Made by a program: the position numbers and the translations under genes
Source: Candidatus Ryanbacteria bacterium CG10_big_fil_rev_8_21_14_0_10_43_42
Lineage (GTDB): Bacteria > Patescibacteriota > Minisyncoccia > Ryanbacterales > 2-02-FULL-48-12
Length of the DNA: 64,000 bases
NCBI GenBank assembly: GCA_002793915.1
Contig: PFEF01000006.1
Span: forward strand, 24,697 to 88,696
Direction of reading: 5' to 3'
Part shown: one piece after another, positions 48,041 through 59,296 of the stretch
Layout of the letters: each line of letters starts with the position of its first letter
Position numbering within the stretch: the stretch's first letter is position 1
Notes under the pieces: model-generated
What the model was told of the DNA's origin: nothing
The model's input: the letters and a program-made list of their open reading frames with translations, nothing else
The model's database searches: none

Positions 48041-49687
48041 ATGACCAGAAGTGAACTTCTTCAAAAATTAAAAGAAAAACGAAAGGAGATTGCCGAGCGT
48101 GAAGGCAAGGAGCTTTTTATGGTATTTCAAAATAAAGCTCTGGAAGAAACAGTAAAAGCAATGCCGCAAACACGGGAAGATTTAAAATTGGTAAAAGGAT
48201 GGGGAAAGGTAAAAATATCACGGTATGGAGACGAAATTCTTTCTATTTTCAAGCAGGGAAACGGGAAACATGAGGATACTTATGCAACAGGCGGATTATT
48301 TAATAATCCAATACCTGCCGCCGAATCTCCCTCGGGCGGAGAAGGCAAGCAGTCTCATGATAACGCCGTATTATCGGTTTCGGAATTTATCGAAGTTGTT
48401 AATATTACGCTTTCACGATTAGGTTTGGTGCGTGTGCAGGGAGAAATAAGCGAGATGCAGATGCGGGGAGCGGCGGTATATTTTACGTTAAAAGATACAT
48501 CGGGTGAGGATGCGATAGTAAAATGTTTACTTTGGAAATGGCAATTTGAACAGCAGTATGATTATTTGGAGGATGGTTTGGAAATTATTATAGAGGGAGT
48601 GCCGGATGTATTTGTAAAATATGGAACATTTAGCGTAAAGGTAAGTCGCGTAGAGCCGGTAGGGGAAGGTGCTCTTAGAAAAGCATTCGAAGCGCTTAAG
48701 AAAAAATTTGAAATGGCCGGATATTTTGATGAAGCGCGCAAGCGTCCGCTTCCGCGCATTATACAACGTATAGGAGTTGTTACTTCCGCTTCCGGAGAAG
48801 CAATTAATGATTTTAGGCGCAATATCGGAGACTATGGTTTGGAAATATGTATGGTAGATGTGCGCGTGGAAGGAGTATACGCCGAGGATTCCATCGTGAA
48901 AGGAATACAATGGTTAAATACTCATCATGCCGATTTGGACGTACTTGTTCTTATACGCGGAGGCGGTGGTCTTGAAAATTTGAAGGCATTTAATTCAGAG
49001 CGAGTTGCTGAAGCCGTTCTTGGTTCGCGTTTGCCGGTAATAACGGGTATTGGGCATGAGCGCGATGATACCATTGCGGGTTTTATAGCGGACATCAATT
49101 GCTCTACGCCAACAGCGGTTGCGGTGTATATTCGGCACATACGGGAAGATCTCATAGGGGAGGTAAATGAAAAAGTGGAACGGCTGATTCGTTTATTTGA
49201 TGTTATATACGAAACAGCACTGCGTTCATTGCATGAGCGGAAGACGGGACTTATTATTTCGTATACCCACATTCTTTCGCGGTATCGGCATGACATCGCA
49301 TCACATACGCGTGCCCTACAGACGGGGCTGTTTCAGATATTTAGCGGATTTCGTCTTTTAACGGAACAGTTTCGTTCATCATTTCACCGTTATGAATCTA
49401 TTTTACGGGAATATTATCGAACGGTAGAAATAAACGCCGTAAAAGGGGTTCGTATTCTTGAACGGAGTATGCAGGAATACGAAAAACGTATTTCTGTTAC
49501 CGAAACCGCGCTTGCTTCTCTGGATCCGGCGGCGCCTTTAAAGCGCGGATATAGTATTACATACGGATCTGACGGCCGCGTGCTCAAGAATGCAAAGAAT
49601 GTTACCATAGGGGAGAGAATCAGCGTACATTTGTACGAAGGGAATATTGGTGCGCGGATAGAAGAAAATATTCAGCCGGAAAAATAA
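48041..49687 (+). CDS. xseA: exodeoxyribonuclease VII large subunit with N-terminal HRDC-like domain
   Basis: VQGEIS...YFTLKD OB fold, IGVVTS, RGGGG, TGIGHERD, TPTA, LKRGYSI; N-terminal HRDC pattern. Confidence 0.92.
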   Translation: MTRSELLQKLKEKRKEIAEREGKELFMVFQNKALEETVKAMPQTREDLKLVKGWGKVKISRYGDEILSIFKQGNGKHEDTYATGGLFNNPIPAAESPSGGEGKQSHDNAVLSVSEFIEVVNITLSRLGLVRVQGEISEMQMRGAAVYFTLKDTSGEDAIVKCLLWKWQFEQQYDYLEDGLEIIIEGVPDVFVKYGTFSVKVSRVEPVGEGALRKAFEALKKKFEMAGYFDEARKRPLPRIIQRIGVVTSASGEAINDFRRNIGDYGLEICMVDVRVEGVYAEDSIVKGIQWLNTHHADLDVLVLIRGGGGLENLKAFNSERVAEAVLGSRLPVITGIGHERDDTIAGFIADINCSTPTAVAVYIRHIREDLIGEVNEKVERLIRLFDVIYETALRSLHERKTGLIISYTHILSRYRHDIASHTRALQTGLFQIFSGFRLLTEQFRSSFHRYESILREYYRTVEINAVKGVRILERSMQEYEKRISVTETALASLDPAAPLKRGYSITYGSDGRVLKNAKNVTIGERISVHLYEGNIGARIEENIQPEK

Positions 49688-49719
49688 ATATATAATCATT
49701 AAAACTCAATATTTGGTGT

Positions 49720-49938
49720 ATGAAAGACAAACAAAAATTGGAACATTCATTAAAACAGCTTGAAGTTATCGTAGAAGAGCTGAATGGAAAAGATGTGGAT
49801 GTAGAAACGGGACTTGCTAAATTTAAGGAGGGCGTGGATCTTATCACGTTTTGCCGGCATGAACTTAAAGCGGCGGAAAATGAATTTAAAAAACTCCGCA
49901 TGGAATTGGATCAAGAGGAAGATAAAGAAGAGCAGTAA
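49720..49938 (+). CDS. xseB: exodeoxyribonuclease VII small subunit
   Basis: LEVIVEEL...FKEGVDL...C...L..AE; follows xseA. Confidence 0.9.
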   Translation: MKDKQKLEHSLKQLEVIVEELNGKDVDVETGLAKFKEGVDLITFCRHELKAAENEFKKLRMELDQEEDKEEQ

Positions 49939-49950
49939 GAATATAATACA

Positions 49951-50937
49951 ATGGCGGTCTTTTATCTTTTTATATTTATTCTATCAAGCGTAGTGCTCGC
50001 TGTTGCCGGTAATTGGCTTGTTCGTTCTCTTTCGCGTATCGCTCATTATTTTAAATGGCAGGAGTTTATTGCGGCATTTTTTATCATGTCATTTGCCGTT
50101 TCGGTGCCGGAATTGTTTATAGGGGTATCGGCGGCGCTTACGGGCATACCGGAACTTTCTTTCGGAAATATTATTGGTGCTAATATTATTCATTTTACAC
50201 TTGCGATCTCTCTTGCCGCTCTTGTGCTTGGAAAGCTTGAATTTGAAAAAGAGAATATGAGGGTGAGTGTTGATTTTACCATTATTTTTGCACTATTTCC
50301 CTTTCTTCTCATGCTGGATAATAATCTTTCTCGTGGCGACGGTGTTATTCTTATAGCATCTTTTTTCATCTATTCCATTTGGGTGTTTTCCAAAAAAGAA
50401 CGATTCAGTGAATTCTACATGAGCCGCAAGAGGAAAGATGCCGTTCATTACGGATATACGGGGTCTCCAATAAAACAGTTTCGGCAATTTATAAATGATG
50501 GAGGAATGTTTATTGTGGGGATTGTGCTCTTGCTTGCCAGTGCGCAGGGTATTGTCAGTTCGGCTTCGTTTTTTGCCGGTATGTTTCATTTGCCTCTTGT
50601 TGTTGTTGGTGTGTTTATTGTGGGCCTTGGCACAGCCCTTCCGGAAACATATTTTGCGGTTGCATCCGCGCGGAGAGGAAACGGCTGGATGGTAGTGGGA
50701 AACTTGCTTGGTTCTACGGTATTCACCGCCAGTTTTGTTTTAGGGGTCGTTGCACTTATTCATCCCATTGTCATTACAAATTTTTCGCCTTACATAATAG
50801 CGCGTATATTTTTAATTATGTCTGCTATTGCATTTCTTCACTTTTCACGAACAGGCCGCGTTATTACCTCTCGAGAAGCATTATTTCTTCTCATGCTTTA
50901 TGTTTTGTTTGTGATAACGCAATTGGTAGTTGGATGA
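49951..50937 (+). CDS. sodium:calcium antiporter (CaCA/YrbG family)
   Basis: Alpha-repeats SVPE...GNIIGAN and GTALPE...GNLLGS. Confidence 0.9.
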   Translation: MAVFYLFIFILSSVVLAVAGNWLVRSLSRIAHYFKWQEFIAAFFIMSFAVSVPELFIGVSAALTGIPELSFGNIIGANIIHFTLAISLAALVLGKLEFEKENMRVSVDFTIIFALFPFLLMLDNNLSRGDGVILIASFFIYSIWVFSKKERFSEFYMSRKRKDAVHYGYTGSPIKQFRQFINDGGMFIVGIVLLLASAQGIVSSASFFAGMFHLPLVVVGVFIVGLGTALPETYFAVASARRGNGWMVVGNLLGSTVFTASFVLGVVALIHPIVITNFSPYIIARIFLIMSAIAFLHFSRTGRVITSREALFLLMLYVLFVITQLVVG

Positions 50938-51049
50938 GTTTGTCCCCATGTTTTTCTGTCGTTTGGCATATGTTTAATTGTATGTATGCGGTAAAATGAA
51001 AGTGAGGTATATGATGCTGATGTTGTAATAAATCCACAACGGGGGTTTT

Positions 51050-51304
51050 ATGGATTTGGAAGAACCTAGTGGTAGTGATGAGTTCAGGCCCTTTACATGG
51101 GAATACCCATCCGCATATTGGGATGCTCCGGACTTACGGAAACGTCTTCGGTCGTGTCAACTTTTGAACGATGAGAAGAAGCCATTTAATTCTCGAGGGC
51201 TTTTCGTAAGGCGCCCATGGTGGCGTAAGAAATATTATCTTATGGTAAGATTGATTAAAGTTTTACCAAACTATATCATAGTAATAGTGGGAGTTTGTTT
51301 GTAA
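51050..51304 (+). CDS. hypothetical protein
   Basis: 84 aa, GGGGG SD-like site, downstream hairpin plus T run. Confidence 0.45.
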   Translation: MDLEEPSGSDEFRPFTWEYPSAYWDAPDLRKRLRSCQLLNDEKKPFNSRGLFVRRPWWRKKYYLMVRLIKVLPNYIIVIVGVCL

Positions 51305-51426
51305 GCAATATGCGATTATAAAGAGGAAATAGATCCTCTTTTTTCTTTGAGAAAGACTGGCATATTGACAAATTTATATTATTAATGTACAATCCCCCTA
51401 AATTTAGGCCATTTACGGGAGGTAAT

Positions 51427-51756
51427 ATGGAAGAAGAATACGAATATGCAACCGCATTAAATGAAGATGGTTTTTACCCCGTATATGCACTATACAGGGT
51501 AAAAGGTGAATACAGACTTTTATGGGCCATTCTTGCGGAAGCCATTGCATGCTTGTTCGATAAAAATCATCCTGATGCCTCTTCGGAGGCAAGGGAGTGG
51601 ATAAATAGTGAAGAAGATTTGTGGTTGGGTAGTTTTAATAATATTTGTGAAATTTTCGGTATCAATCAGTCGTATTTAAGGAAAAACCTTTTGCAGGGGC
51701 AGGAGGATGCAGTGGTGTCTTATATTAGCTCAAGAAAGAAGCTTTTTACCACTTAA
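51427..51756 (+). CDS. hypothetical protein (self-contained cassette)
   Basis: TTGACA-17-TACAAT promoter at 51365-51393, GGGAGGT SD, terminator at 51774-51805. Confidence 0.7.
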   Translation: MEEEYEYATALNEDGFYPVYALYRVKGEYRLLWAILAEAIACLFDKNHPDASSEAREWINSEEDLWLGSFNNICEIFGINQSYLRKNLLQGQEDAVVSYISSRKKLFTT

Positions 51757-51830
51757 GACGGGGGAGTTGACGTACCTGCTTTTTTCGAGAAAAAAGCAGG
51801 TTTTTCTTTGAAAGTGGAATTAAGAAGTTA

Positions 51831-51903
51831 TGTGGATAACATCTTCTTGACTTTATTATAAAAATCTGGTAACCTCTATATACAAGTTCGAAGGTGTGGA
51901 TAA
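51831..51903. promoter_or_regulatory. rpoB promoter flanked by two perfect DnaA boxes
   Basis: TGTGGATAA (reverse complement of TTATCCACA) at 51831-51839 and 51895-51903; TTGACT-17-TAACCT at 51847-51875. Confidence 0.7.
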
Positions 51904-52127
51904 CTCGTTTTTAATACTATTGCCACCTCGAAAAAACCACGGTATTATTCACTTGCAAGCTTAAGCTACGTGGGAATCTCTTCAATAAAAAATTGAAACG
52001 ACCAAGAACTCTGTCCATGAAGGGAGATAGGGTTTTTTGTCGCTTTTCTCTGTTTTATATTGACCTACAACTACTTTCATGTATGCCTATGAAAGAGGTG
52101 TAGTTTGCCCCACAGCATATAATTCAT

Positions 52128-55100
52128 ATGGAGAAGAAATTTTTTTCACGGTACAAAGAGCCTCTTATGCCGCTCCCTGAACTTGTGGAAGCGCAGGTAA
52201 CTTCTTTTAATTGGTTACTTACAGCAGGGCTTACAGGAGTATTTGAGGATTTTTTCCCGGTAGAGGATTATGCCGGGAATCTTAAGCTTGATTTTGTCGA
52301 TTTTGCGATAGAAGACATGAAGCATGACGAATATTATGCCCGTGAGCATAATCTTTCGTATGAAGCACCGCTTCGATTGCGCGTAAGTCTTACAAATAAA
52401 AAAACAGGAGAAGTAAAGGAACAAGAGGTATTCTTGGGAGATTTTCCGCTTATGACAAAGCGGGGAACATTTGTTATTAACGGTGTTGAGCGTGTTATTG
52501 TTTCTCAACTTGCCCGTTCTTTCGGTGTGTATTTTACGGAGTACTTTCTTCGCGGTAAAAAATATTTTGGAGCGAAAATTGTTCCGTCTCGCGGAGCATG
52601 GCTTGAGTTTGAAACCGATGCAGACGGAGCGCTTTATGTAAAAATTGACCGTAAGCGCCGTATTGCGGCAACAGCCCTTTTGCGTATTTTGGGCGTTGAG
52701 AAGAATGATGCCATAAAGAAAGCATTTGCAAAGGTGGATACGGGTGAAATCTCGTATATAGATCGTACGCTTGAGAAGGATACTACTACAAGCGCTGATG
52801 AAGCTTATGTTGAGCTTTATAAGCGTATTCGTCCGGGAGATTTGGCAACGGTGGATAATGCTCGTGAATTGCTGGAAAACATGTTTGGTTCCGATAGATA
52901 CGACCTCTCACATGTAGGGCGGCATAAGTTTAATCAGCGATTGCAGATAGAAAAGAAAGATAAGGATGCAAAACGTACCCTTGACGGTGAGGATATTATC
53001 GGTGTTCTTTCTGAAATTATCCGACTGGATCAAAATCCGCATCTTTCGGCTGATGATATCGATCACCTGGGAAATCGTCGGGTGCGCGGTGTAGGAGAGA
53101 TGTTGCAGAATCGGTTGCGTATCGGGCTTGCGCGCATGGAGCGTATTATCAAAGACAGAATGTCCACTCTCGATGTGGCTACCATTACGCCAATGCAGCT
53201 TATCAATGCGCGTCCTTTTATGGCGGCAGTGAAAGAGTTTTTTACGACAAACCAGTTGTCACAGTTTATGGATCAGACGAATATTTTAGCGGAGTTGGAG
53301 CATAAACGTCGTGTTTCCGCATTGGGCCCGGGAGGACTTACTCGTGAGCGAGCCGGATTTGAAGTACGCGATGTGCACCCGTCGCACTATGGACGTATTT
53401 GCCCCATTCAAACGCCGGAAGGACCGAATATCGGACTTGTTGGTCATTTGGCAAGTTATGCGCGCATCAATGATTTTGGTATTATCGAAACGCCGTATCA
53501 GAAGGTAAAGAAAGGCGTTATAACGCATGAAATTCAGTATATGACGGCATTTGAAGAAGCGCGGTACAATATTGCTCATGCGGGAACGCCTTTTGAGAAG
53601 AATGGCGCCATTACTTCAGAGATAGTAGAGGCACGCGTACAGGGACAGCCGGGTGTTATTGATCGTGAGAGCGTGGATTATATTGACGTTTCTCCGCAAC
53701 AGGCTATCAGTATTGCAACCAGTCTTATTCCATTTCTGGAGCATGATGATGCAAACCGTGCTTTGATGGGTTCAAATATGCAGCGTCAAGCGGTACCGAA
53801 TGTGTTTCCACAGGCACCCATAGTGGGAACCGGTGTGGAAGAACGTGTAGCGCGCGACTCCGGACAGGTGGTAATTGCGGAAGAGGCGGGAACCGTTATG
53901 GCAGTAGACGCAAAACGTATTGTCATTAAAGAAGCAAAACGCGAAAAAGAATACAATCTTATTAATTTTCTTCGCTCAAATAATGCAACAACATTGCATC
54001 ATCGTCCCATTGTACACATGGGAGATGCTATCGCGAAAGGGCAGATTATTGCAGATAATATGTCCACCGAAAATGGGGAATTGGCTTTGGGACAGAATAT
54101 CCTGGTGTCATTTCTCTCATGGGGCGGATCAAATTATGAGGATGCTATTATTATTTCCGAACGACTTGTACAAAGAGACGTATTCAGCTCGGTACATATT
54201 GAAGATTTTACGGTAAATGTGCGCGACACTAAATTAGGACCGGAGGTAACAACGCATGATATTCCAAATGTGGGAGAGGAGAAGTTAAAAGATCTTGATG
54301 AAGACGGTATTGTGCGTATTGGTGCGGAAGTTCGGCCGGGGGACATTTTGGTGGGAAAAATTTCACCGAAGGGAGAATCGGATTTGACGCCGGAAGAACG
54401 CTTGCTTCGCGCTATTTTTGGTGAAAAAGCACGTGACGTAAAAGATACGTCGCTCCGTATGTCTAATGGAAAGCGGGGGCGTATTGTCGGCGTTAAGGTA
54501 TTTTCACGCGAACAGGGAGATCGTTTGGAGTCAGGTGTTATTAAAAGCGTTCGCATAGAAGTGGCACAGCTTCGCAAGGTATCGGTAGGAGATAAACTCG
54601 CGGGACGTCACGGAAACAAAGGAGTTATTTCTAAAATTTTAGCGGTAGAAGACATGCCTCACTTGGCTGATGGTACGCCGGTGGATATTATCTTAAATCC
54701 GCTGGGAGTGGCGTCTCGTATGAATATCGGGCAGATTTTAGAGACTCATTTGGGGTGGGCGGCTCATAAGCTGGGATACCATGCGCGTACGCCGGCATTG
54801 CTGGGAACACTTGATGAGGAAATTCACGAAGAGCTTGAACGCGCCGGTTTGCCGCGCGACGGAAAGGTGGATATATATGACGGACGTACGGGTGAAAAGA
54901 TTGATCAGAAAGTGACTGTCGGCATGGTATATATGCTCAAGCTTATTCATATGGTGGAAGATAAAATTCACATGCGTTCCATTGGTCCGTATTCTCTTAT
55001 TACGCAACAGCCGCTTGGTGGCAAGGCGCAGGGAGGCGGTCAGCGGTTTGGGGAAATGGAGGTATGGGCATTGGAAGGATATGGTGCGGCACATACATTA

Positions 55101-55274
55101 CAGGAAATGCTCACGATTAAGTCCGATGATGTTACCGGACGTGTTTCCACCTATGACGCCATTGTACGAGGCGAGTCGTATAAGACGCCAAATATTCCGG
55201 CGTCCTTCCATGTATTGGTAAATGAACTCAAAGGTCTTGCATTAGATGTCGATCTTGTTTCCGACGATAAATAA
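52128..55274 (+). CDS. rpoB: RNA polymerase beta subunit
   Basis: INGVERVIVSQL, SQFMDQ, GDKLAGRHGNKG, GGQRFGEME. Confidence 0.99.
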   Translation: MEKKFFSRYKEPLMPLPELVEAQVTSFNWLLTAGLTGVFEDFFPVEDYAGNLKLDFVDFAIEDMKHDEYYAREHNLSYEAPLRLRVSLTNKKTGEVKEQEVFLGDFPLMTKRGTFVINGVERVIVSQLARSFGVYFTEYFLRGKKYFGAKIVPSRGAWLEFETDADGALYVKIDRKRRIAATALLRILGVEKNDAIKKAFAKVDTGEISYIDRTLEKDTTTSADEAYVELYKRIRPGDLATVDNARELLENMFGSDRYDLSHVGRHKFNQRLQIEKKDKDAKRTLDGEDIIGVLSEIIRLDQNPHLSADDIDHLGNRRVRGVGEMLQNRLRIGLARMERIIKDRMSTLDVATITPMQLINARPFMAAVKEFFTTNQLSQFMDQTNILAELEHKRRVSALGPGGLTRERAGFEVRDVHPSHYGRICPIQTPEGPNIGLVGHLASYARINDFGIIETPYQKVKKGVITHEIQYMTAFEEARYNIAHAGTPFEKNGAITSEIVEARVQGQPGVIDRESVDYIDVSPQQAISIATSLIPFLEHDDANRALMGSNMQRQAVPNVFPQAPIVGTGVEERVARDSGQVVIAEEAGTVMAVDAKRIVIKEAKREKEYNLINFLRSNNATTLHHRPIVHMGDAIAKGQIIADNMSTENGELALGQNILVSFLSWGGSNYEDAIIISERLVQRDVFSSVHIEDFTVNVRDTKLGPEVTTHDIPNVGEEKLKDLDEDGIVRIGAEVRPGDILVGKISPKGESDLTPEERLLRAIFGEKARDVKDTSLRMSNGKRGRIVGVKVFSREQGDRLESGVIKSVRIEVAQLRKVSVGDKLAGRHGNKGVISKILAVEDMPHLADGTPVDIILNPLGVASRMNIGQILETHLGWAAHKLGYHARTPALLGTLDEEIHEELERAGLPRDGKVDIYDGRTGEKIDQKVTVGMVYMLKLIHMVEDKIHMRSIGPYSLITQQPLGGKAQGGGQRFGEMEVWALEGYGAAHTLQEMLTIKSDDVTGRVSTYDAIVRGESYKTPNIPASFHVLVNELKGLALDVDLVSDDK

Positions 55275-55292
55275 TAAGAGAACATAATTATT

Positions 55293-58200
55293 ATGATGGA
55301 TAACGAATTACATACGGAATATCAAGATTTTGACGGTATTGTTCTTCGTCTTGCGTCTCCGGAAAAAATCATGGAGTGGTCGCACGGAGAAGTTACAAAA
55401 CCCGAAACCATTAATTATCGTACCCAGCGACCGGAACGTGATGGGCTTTTTTGTGAGCGTATTTTCGGTCCCGATAAGGATTATGAGTGTTATTGCGGAA
55501 AATATCGTCGCGTGCGGTACAAGGGTATTGTGTGTGATAAATGCGGCGTGGAGGTAACACGTTCTATTGTGCGTCGCGAGCGTATGGGGCATGTTACATT
55601 AGCGGCTCCGGTTTCTCATATTTGGTTTTTGCGTGGCGTGCCGTCAAAAATGAGCCTGCTTCTTGATGTTACCGTAACGGATCTTGAAAAAGTAATTTAC
55701 TTTGCCGGATATATCATTGATTTTGTAAATGAAAAGAGACGCACGGAAGTGCTTTTGGAAATAGATAAAGAATACAAAACAAAACTCAAGGCGGGAGATA
55801 CCGATAAAGAGGCGTTGAAAGAGGCGGCCGATCAGGCAAAATCTGAAGTAAAGAGTTTGCGTTTGTATCAGGTGCTTTCGGAAGTGGAATATTATCGCTT
55901 AAGTATGCGTTTTGCAGATTTATTTACGGCAGATATCGGCGCCGAGGCGCTTCGTAAGATTTGTACGGGTCTTGATCTTGAAGTTATAGAGGAAAATCTC
56001 TCGAAAATAGCTGATGGAACCACTCAACCCCTTGCACGAAAAAAGGTGCTTAAGCGCTTACAACTTGTTCGGTCAATAAAAAATGCGCGTATTCGTCCTG
56101 AATGGATGTTTCTTACCGTTATCCCCATAATACCACCGGCATTAAGGCCTATGGTGGCTCTTGAAGGAGGACGACATGCAACCAGTGATGTGAATGATTT
56201 GTATCGTCGTGTTATTAACCGCAACAATCGGTTAAAACGCCTCTATGATTTAAAAGCACCGGAGGTTATTTGTCGCAACGAAAAGCGTATGTTGCAGGAA
56301 GCGGTTGATGCTCTTATCGATAATTCCATTCGCCGGGGACAGGCCGCGGTTACATCGCAGGCACAGAAGCGCCCGCTTCGTTCGCTTGCGGATATGCTGA
56401 AAGGAAAACAGGGGCGATTTCGCCAAAACTTATTGGGTAAGCGTGTTGATTATTCCGGCCGTTCGGTAATTGTAGTGGGTCCCGAACTTAAACTGCATCA
56501 GTGTGGGCTTCCTAAGCATATGGCTCTTGAATTGTTTCGACCATTTGTTATCCGTAAACTTATTGAACAAGGATTTGCTTATAATATTCGGGGTGCTGGA
56601 CGTCTTATCGAAGAAGCAACGCCGGATGTATGGGCAATTTTGGAAGATGTCATTAAGGGAAAATATGTACTTCTTAATCGGGCGCCTACTTTGCACCGCT
56701 TAGGTATTCAAGCGTTTCAGCCAATGCTTATAGAAGGAAATGCTATGCGTTTGCATCCTTTAGTGTGTGAGGCGTTTAACGCAGATTTCGACGGAGATCA
56801 AATGGCGGTTCATGTGCCTCTTACCGATGAAGCGCAATATGAAGCACGTGAAATTATGGCGGCCGATAAAAACTTGCTAAAGCCCGGAAGCGGAGAATCA
56901 ATCGTGCGTCCCCAGCAGGATATGATTATCGGGTGTTATTGGCTTACACAAATGAATGAGGGTGAAAAAGGAGAGGGTATGATTTTTGCAACGCGCGATG
57001 AGGCGATAAATGCTTATGAAGCCGGCGTTGTTACACTTCAGGCAAAAATACAGGTACGCCTTTCAGATGCACCGGAGCGCACGGAAACAACAATAGGACG
57101 CATTATTTTTAGTGATGTTCTTCCCGAAGGTGTCGCGTTTATCAACGAACAACAGACAAAGAAAAGCCTAAGTGCCCTTACGGGACGCATTATTCGTACG
57201 CTTGGCAGTGCCGCCACAGCTCCTTTCGTTGACCGCATTAAAGTTCTTGGCTTTAAGTACGCCACACGTTCAGGTATTAGCTGGGGTATTGATGATATTC
57301 CCGTACTTACACGAAAGGGGGCAATTATCGAAGAAGCACTCGAGGCGGCAAAAGTGGTGCGGGATCAGTTCGATCGCGGTCTTCTTACCGATAAAGAGCG
57401 CTACAATAAGATAGTTGAAATCTGGAATTCAAAAGTAAAGCCAAAAATTGATGCCGAGGTTCGCGCATCATTGGATAAAAAAGGATCGGTATTTACCATG
57501 GTTAATTCGGCAGCGCGCGGATCATGGGTGCAGGTAAACCAGATGGCGGGCATGAAGGGAATGGTGGTAAATCCGTCCGGACGCATTATTGAGCTTCCTA
57601 TTATTTCAAGTTATAAGGATGGGCTTAATGTGTTGGAGTACTTTATTTCTACACATGGTGCCCGAAAAGGTACGGCAGACACCGCTCTTAAAACAGCCGC
57701 CGCGGGATATCTTACGCGCCGTCTTGTAGATGTTGCACAGGATTTGGTGGTTGTGGAAGATGATTGTAAGGACAGTGACGGAATTATTGTCTATCGCCGT
57801 GATTCAGAGGCGGTAAACAAGAGTTTTTCAACGCGGCTTTTTGGACGCACGATGATTGCCGATGTTATTCATCCGGAAACAAAGGAAAAGATCGCTAAAA
57901 AAGGAGAACTTGTTTCTATTGAAGTCGCGGAAGCTATTGATGCCGCCGGTCTTAAGGAGATACACATGCGCTCGCCTGTCAGTTGTAAAACGCGCCGAGG
58001 TGTTTGCAGTACCTGCTACGGATATGATTTGGGCGCTAATAAGATAGTGGTAAAAGGGGAGGCGGTTGGTATTGTAGCGGCGCAGGCAATTGGAGAGCCG
58101 GGAACACAGCTTACTATGCGTACGTTCCATATCGGGGGTGTTGCCGGAGGTGGAGACATTACTATGGGTCTTCCTCGTGTGGAGGAGGTGTTTGAAATTC

Positions 58201-58952
58201 GCACACCGAAAGCAAAAGCGATTATCTCGGAAGTTACCGGTAGCGTACTTGAAATTATAGAAGAAGGACGTGATCGCATAGTACGTATACTTCCGGATGA
58301 CGACGACGATACGAAGCGTGATACGCGAGAATACACAATACCGTTTGGAAAAGGAGTACTTGTGAAAGTAAATGATGCCGTGCAAAGGGGACAAGCAATT
58401 TCCGACGGCGTGGTGGATACGAAGGAACTTTTCAAGGTTGCGGGTATTGCCGAAGCCCAGAATTATATCATCAGAGAAATTGGAAAAATTTATGCCTTGC
58501 AGGGGTCTCCTATTAGTGAGAAGCATATTGAGGTTATGGTGCGTCAAATGTTCTCACGCGTGCGTATTAAAGAAGTGGGAGATACGACATTTAGTGAAGA
58601 CGCTATCGTGGAGCGTGATCAGTGGCTTGAAGAAAATGATCGCGTAAAAGCGGAGGGTAAGGCTCCCGCAAAGGCGGCACGTCTCCTTATGGGTATTTCA
58701 AAGACAGCGCTTACCATTTCAAGTTTTCTTTCAGCCGCTTCATTCCAGGAAACAACACGCGTTCTCATTAATGCCGCCATCGAAGGACAAAGAGATAATC
58801 TTCGTGGACTTAAGGAAAACGTTATCATTGGCCGTTTGATTCCTGCCGGAACGGGATTTCGCAAGGATGTTCCAAAAGAACATGTTTCTCGAAGGGAAGA
58901 GAAGCAAGGAGAAAAGATGGAAAAAGTAATCGAGCAGAAAATAATTGTTTAA
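55293..58952 (+). CDS. rpoC: RNA polymerase beta' subunit
   Basis: Zinc finger CYCGKY...[26 protein letters not shown]. Confidence 0.99.
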   Translation: MMDNELHTEYQDFDGIVLRLASPEKIMEWSHGEVTKPETINYRTQRPERDGLFCERIFGPDKDYECYCGKYRRVRYKGIVCDKCGVEVTRSIVRRERMGHVTLAAPVSHIWFLRGVPSKMSLLLDVTVTDLEKVIYFAGYIIDFVNEKRRTEVLLEIDKEYKTKLKAGDTDKEALKEAADQAKSEVKSLRLYQVLSEVEYYRLSMRFADLFTADIGAEALRKICTGLDLEVIEENLSKIADGTTQPLARKKVLKRLQLVRSIKNARIRPEWMFLTVIPIIPPALRPMVALEGGRHATSDVNDLYRRVINRNNRLKRLYDLKAPEVICRNEKRMLQEAVDALIDNSIRRGQAAVTSQAQKRPLRSLADMLKGKQGRFRQNLLGKRVDYSGRSVIVVGPELKLHQCGLPKHMALELFRPFVIRKLIEQGFAYNIRGAGRLIEEATPDVWAILEDVIKGKYVLLNRAPTLHRLGIQAFQPMLIEGNAMRLHPLVCEAFNADFDGDQMAVHVPLTDEAQYEAREIMAADKNLLKPGSGESIVRPQQDMIIGCYWLTQMNEGEKGEGMIFATRDEAINAYEAGVVTLQAKIQVRLSDAPERTETTIGRIIFSDVLPEGVAFINEQQTKKSLSALTGRIIRTLGSAATAPFVDRIKVLGFKYATRSGISWGIDDIPVLTRKGAIIEEALEAAKVVRDQFDRGLLTDKERYNKIVEIWNSKVKPKIDAEVRASLDKKGSVFTMVNSAARGSWVQVNQMAGMKGMVVNPSGRIIELPIISSYKDGLNVLEYFISTHGARKGTADTALKTAAAGYLTRRLVDVAQDLVVVEDDCKDSDGIIVYRRDSEAVNKSFSTRLFGRTMIADVIHPETKEKIAKKGELVSIEVAEAIDAAGLKEIHMRSPVSCKTRRGVCSTCYGYDLGANKIVVKGEAVGIVAAQAIGEPGTQLTMRTFHIGGVAGGGDITMGLPRVEEVFEIRTPKAKAIISEVTGSVLEIIEEGRDRIVRILPDDDDDTKRDTREYTIPFGKGVLVKVNDAVQRGQAISDGVVDTKELFKVAGIAEAQNYIIREIGKIYALQGSPISEKHIEVMVRQMFSRVRIKEVGDTTFSEDAIVERDQWLEENDRVKAEGKAPAKAARLLMGISKTALTISSFLSAASFQETTRVLINAAIEGQRDNLRGLKENVIIGRLIPAGTGFRKDVPKEHVSRREEKQGEKMEKVIEQKIIV

Positions 58953-58963
58953 AACAGAGATAT

Positions 58964-59000
58964 AATAAAAAGCCCGGGAGTGTATACCGGGCTTTTTATT
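58964..59000 (+). terminator. rpoBC terminator
   Basis: AATAAAAAGCCCGG...CCGGGCTTTTTATT. Confidence 0.85.
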
Positions 59001-59041
59001 TTTATGTGTATGGTTATACAATAGTGAGAGGAGGTATGTTT

Positions 59042-59296
59042 ATGAGTGCACATGTTATTTTTTTGAAAAAAGAACGCCGAAAGCGGAATATAAGAGAGAT
59101 GGAAAGGTATGTGCCGATATGGATTTTGGCGATTGCGCTTGAATTTGCTCTTATCCTCATTCCCAGCTTTGCCATCATTTTTTCATGGACAATCCTTATT
59201 GTAGGGTTATGTTCAGGAAGTGTCTTTTTAATGCGGTATATATGGGTGTGTTGTAATAATAAAGGGTATTATGCACGCTCTCCCCACACAGGGTGA
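59042..59296 (+). CDS. small two-TM hypothetical protein
   Basis: GAGGAGG SD 7 nt before ATG 59042; hydrophobic core; hairpin plus T run at about 59300-59325. Confidence 0.55.
   Translation: MSAHVIFLKKERRKRNIREMERYVPIWILAIALEFALILIPSFAIIFSWTILIVGLCSGSVFLMRYIWVCCNNKGYYARSPHTG

Noticed and set aside
51831-51903. Replication origin
   Set aside because: Only two DnaA boxes, no adjacent dnaA/dnaN and no evident unwinding element; promoter regulation is the simpler reading.
57828-58547. 239-aa antisense ORF within rpoC and similar antisense ORFs in rpoB, recA and typA
   Set aside because: Expected shadow frames of conserved genes with non-protein-like composition.
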